DNA of 63,530 nucleotides, filler included, from Nemertoderma westbladi (lineage: Eukaryota; Animalia; Xenacoelomorpha): NCBI GenBank assembly GCA_032718475.1. It is 4 parts of 4 records of this genome, joined end to end, with 100 filler letters (N's around TTAATTAATTAA, not from the genome) between each part and the next. Parts side by side here need not be neighbours in the genome. Positions count along the whole stretch, not along the records: positions 58,025 to 63,530 come from JAUCBJ010004942.1; 3 more parts are not named here. One strand, written 5' to 3'. Below, piece after piece: positions 63,343-63,530 of the stretch. The position numbers and the translations under genes were made by a program. Within the stretch, counting starts at the first letter, position 1, and each line of letters begins with the position of its first letter. The notes beneath the pieces are model-generated. The model was not told the origin of the DNA, did no database searches, and saw only the letters and a list, made by a program, of their open reading frames with translations.

Positions 63343-63530
63343 TTCGACCAATAGACAGCAGGGACGCACAACGATTGAAATAAATACATAAACTGAATAC
63401 AAAAAACATATGACACTGTAGGTCTAACTGGTAGTAAGGAAGCAGCATTGCAGAATACTGAATTCATGATTTAGAGTGTTGTCCGGACATTTTGTTTGTT
63501 GTCCTCAGACGTTTGGACCTGTTTTCCTAC

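Noticed and set aside
63343-63467. N-terminal ~55 aa of the 699-aa RT ORF
   Set aside because: Mostly outside the TSD-defined element; chance read-in from flanking DNA and filler.

Overview
AT-rich, repeat-dense metazoan (invertebrate-type) nuclear DNA. It comprises four segments joined by 100-bp N spacers carrying TTAATTAATTAA (20337-20436, 44732-44831, 57925-58024), so adjacency across spacers is not reliable. Host genes: an intronless TMEM128-like ORF whose stop lies one base before the ATG of an intronless UFSP2-like UFM1 protease (minus strand, TGA-T-ATG), the first coding exon of HECTD1, and a three-exon secreted fibrinogen-domain gene. Mobile DNA dominates: several BEL/Pao LTR retrotransposon pieces, RTE-type and RTE-X-like LINEs, CR1/L2 and Gypsy RT relics, a Ginger-like MITE, two Kolobok-like TTAA elements, tRNA-headed SINEs and several minisatellites. 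Best leads: (1) a candidate stop-start-coupled TMEM128-UFSP2 bicistron; (2) a Pol-less BEL/Pao element with an intact 1040-aa Gag-protease ORF, an integrase-tail-like C terminus and a decayed triple zinc-knuckle ORF between strongly diverged LTR-like repeats; (3) a minisatellite born from Gypsy RT coding sequence and then split from it by a LINE insertion. Family assignments come from motifs recognised by eye, not database searches.
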